A stretch of 64,000 nucleotides of DNA from NCBI GenBank assembly GCA_965112155.1, contig OZ218098.1. The stretch is one strand, 5' to 3'. The notes under the pieces are model-generated. The model was not told where the DNA came from and searched no databases. It saw nothing but the letters and a program-made list of their open reading frames with translations. This DNA is from Podarcis liolepis (lineage: Eukaryota). This document shows, piece by piece, positions 61,431-64,000 of the stretch (the first letter of the stretch is position 1; every line of letters starts with the position of its first letter). A program made the position numbers and the translations under genes.

Positions 61431-64000
61431 TTTCGTTGACTTGTCTGGGTTTTGTTGTTACCACAGAACAGCCTCATTCTCTTAAAGCCAGCTATTGCAT
61501 TTCTACAGTGCGTGCCATGGTGGGTTCAGTGTATCTGAGGGATAACAGAAAGCCTGTTAGCACAATCTCCCTCACTCTCCTGGCCCTCCCCTCTCCCCTT
61601 AAGTCACTTAGCTGTTCTAGAAAGTGGAGAAAGCTTATAAGTGGCCATGCTCTTAAGAACTGGCTCAGTTTCCACAAAGTAGAAATAACGTGCCATAATT
61701 TTTAGAAGATGGGGAAGTTGAACCTGTAATTTTGCTTGGCCCTGCAATACTCAGTATTATATTGGAAACAAGAGGGAGGTTTATGCTTCCAAGAGCAACT
61801 GGTTGCTTTCCCTTAGTTTCAAAATCATACCCAAGTAAAAGATTGGAATCTCCAGATACAAAAGGACTCAAGGCATCAAATAATTAGGGTGCCTTTTTTT
61901 TCTAGACAAGCTAGGTATCTGAATGACTACAACCCCTCAGATAAAAAATTAGCTGTATCAGTAGCAAACCAAACAAATCTAGAAAATTTCTAGCAAGAAA
62001 CAAGACTTCAAACTACTGGGGCTCTCTGTGAGAAATACTATTGGTGGGATTCTGCTAACCTGCCACTGCTGTGGAAGCCCAGCACAAGGACTTTCAGAGT
62101 TTAGCGTTTACCTGCACCTAAGACATAAGGAGTGTCTGCTGGTTCAGGCCAAGGTCTAGTATCCTTTCCCCAATAGGGAGGGCCTGTCCACCCATTACCC
62201 TGAGGCAGTCACCATGGACAGCAGATCCGGAAAGGAAGGTGAAGGGATCCTTGTGAACCTTTGCCGCTCCTTTGTCTGTAAATATGTGCTGCTGCTGTCA
62301 TACCAGTCGCCCCCTGAGGGGGAACGGTCCCTCTGGTACCTCAGAACAGGAGCTCTGAAGAAGCTCTGAAGGCCTAGAAGCACGTCACCCGCTGCCTCCT
62401 GAGTTTGTCATCTGTGGCTGCTGCCTGGAAACAGCAAGGCCACTGCTGTCGCCATCTGCTCCTCTCCAACCTCCTTTCCCCCTCCTCATCACCTTCAGCA
62501 CGCTGAAGTGTCCCTGAGCCACCTCTGGTTGCCTCAAGTGGTGGCAAAGGTGGGGGACGTGCACCATTTTATGTTTTGCCTCAAGTGATTAAAAAGCCTG
62601 GGGCTGGCATTGCTGCATGTGTAAGTACTTTTTTTATATATATAAAAAATACATTTCTGAGGTATTTTTCCAGCCAAAGCCAGACCACCTCAAGTGAGCC
62701 ATTGGAGCAGTTGTTTTGAATCAGTGTGCTGTGGCACCCTAGGGTGCCTTGAATGATGGTCGGGGTGCTGCGGGCAACACTGGCCTTTGTCCCTCTTTCC
62801 TTCCTTCCCTCCTCTGATGCCCTCTTGCGTCTCTGCCTCCCAAAGGCATGCATAGCTGTTTGTTGCAGAACCCCTGGCTACAAGCTCAGCAGGTGAATGT
62901 TGCCTCTGGGGCTGGCCAGGCGGTGCTTCCCAGGCCCTTGTGGGGCAGTGTGAGGAGGCACCTGTCTTTGGGGCAGGGGCGGCAGCTGCGGCTGCCCAGA
63001 GGACTCCCGAGGAAAGGGGGCTGAGGGAACACTCCACAAGGGAGGGTGTTCAAAAAGGGGTGAGGGGCTGCCAGCTCTGCATGCAAGGGGTGACATAACT
63101 GGGCTCCACAAGAAAGAAGGTAGTTGGTCAAGGGAGCCATGGACTCAAAAGAGGTTGAAAACCTCTGCATTAGAGGGATATGCCTAAGGGAGCCTGGGGG
63201 AAATGGCATTCATCTTCCTTAAAAATTTTTTTTATGACAAATAAGCAAATGTACCAGGCTAACATAACTATGAATGTCCAAATTAAGTTTAGTGTGCACA
63301 AAGTCAATAAAAGGCAAGATATCTGAAAAGCCTTCTCTCCTTCCCTTTCCACCTTGCTGCTTCCCATCTCCTAACTGGGATTTTATCCGTAAGAAGGGCT
63401 TATATGCCAAAAATATCAACCTTTGCCATGGACTTTAGTTACACCCTTTTCATAATCTGTTGACAAAAAGAGATGTGTGTATTGGTGCTAAATTAGTACA
63501 GCTAGGAGTAACTAGCACAAAAAATACAAATAAAAATTAGCAGATTTTTCAAACATATATACATAATTTTATTTGTATGGCACCTTTCCATAGTTGAAAC
63601 TATGCTCATGGCAGCTTACAAAATGAAAAATACATAATTATAACGTAAAAAGTAGTCATAAACAATAAAACATCAAAAAGTACACAACCACATTAAAAAA
63701 AAATCCATATAAATCATAACACCAACATAAAAATACAAAAAAAAGTAACAGCAACAACCCCCCACCTGGAAGACTCAGTCAGTCGAGCCCCAAAGTCTGT
63801 TCAGCGGCCTCAGCTTTTGTAGCTGAAGTCAGTCCGGGCCCAGGTCGTCCCAGGCCAAGTGGGAAAAGGCTTGCAGGGCAGGGAACAGCTCTCCCAGGAC
63901 TCACAGCCAGGATGGGAATTTAAATGGGAAGCCAAAAGTAGGTGTCTGCTCACAAAGGAATTGTCATAAGATAATACAAATTACTGAAGTGTCTTTGGCT

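Noticed and set aside
62195-63209. Minus-strand ORFs as a possible 3' end of the expected syntenic neighbour DCAF4
   Set aside because: No WD40-like sequence or convincing exon; the short RIPSP resemblance looks coincidental.

Overview
Vertebrate genomic DNA from a squamate reptile; the Sauria SINE subtype suggests a lacertid lizard. The window holds two complete, divergently transcribed multi-exon genes. RBM25 (minus strand; RRM, RE/RD-rich and PWI splicing factor) has 18 coding exons from 26323 down to 1232, giving 838 aa by my exon sum. ZFYVE1/DFCP1 (plus strand; Cys-rich N-terminus, P-loop NTPase, two FYVE domains) has 11 coding exons from 40398 to 59530, giving 780 aa. All exon phases join correctly. 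Each gene has its own promoter: a CpG island with YY1 and E-box motifs at about 32.0-33.0 kb, and a triple ZNF143-type motif at about 38.7-38.85 kb. A solo LTR and a templated-duplication scar lie between them. Introns carry Sauria SINEs, tRNA/CR1-tailed SINEs, TcMar and hAT MITEs, microsatellites and one 149-N gap. Almost all other ORF-track entries are spurious. The most interesting unexplained signals are candidate post-transcriptional controls. (1) A three-part competing RNA helix in RBM25 intron 7 flanks a possible stop-containing pseudo-exon. (2) RBM25 intron 9 has a cluster of decoy/poison-exon candidates with a CGGGCA RBM25-binding motif. (3) RBM25 exon 8 has tandem acceptors and intron 15 has a GC-AG donor. 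(4) ZFYVE1 has an ATF4-like uORF arrangement. These regulatory readings are inferences from sequence alone.
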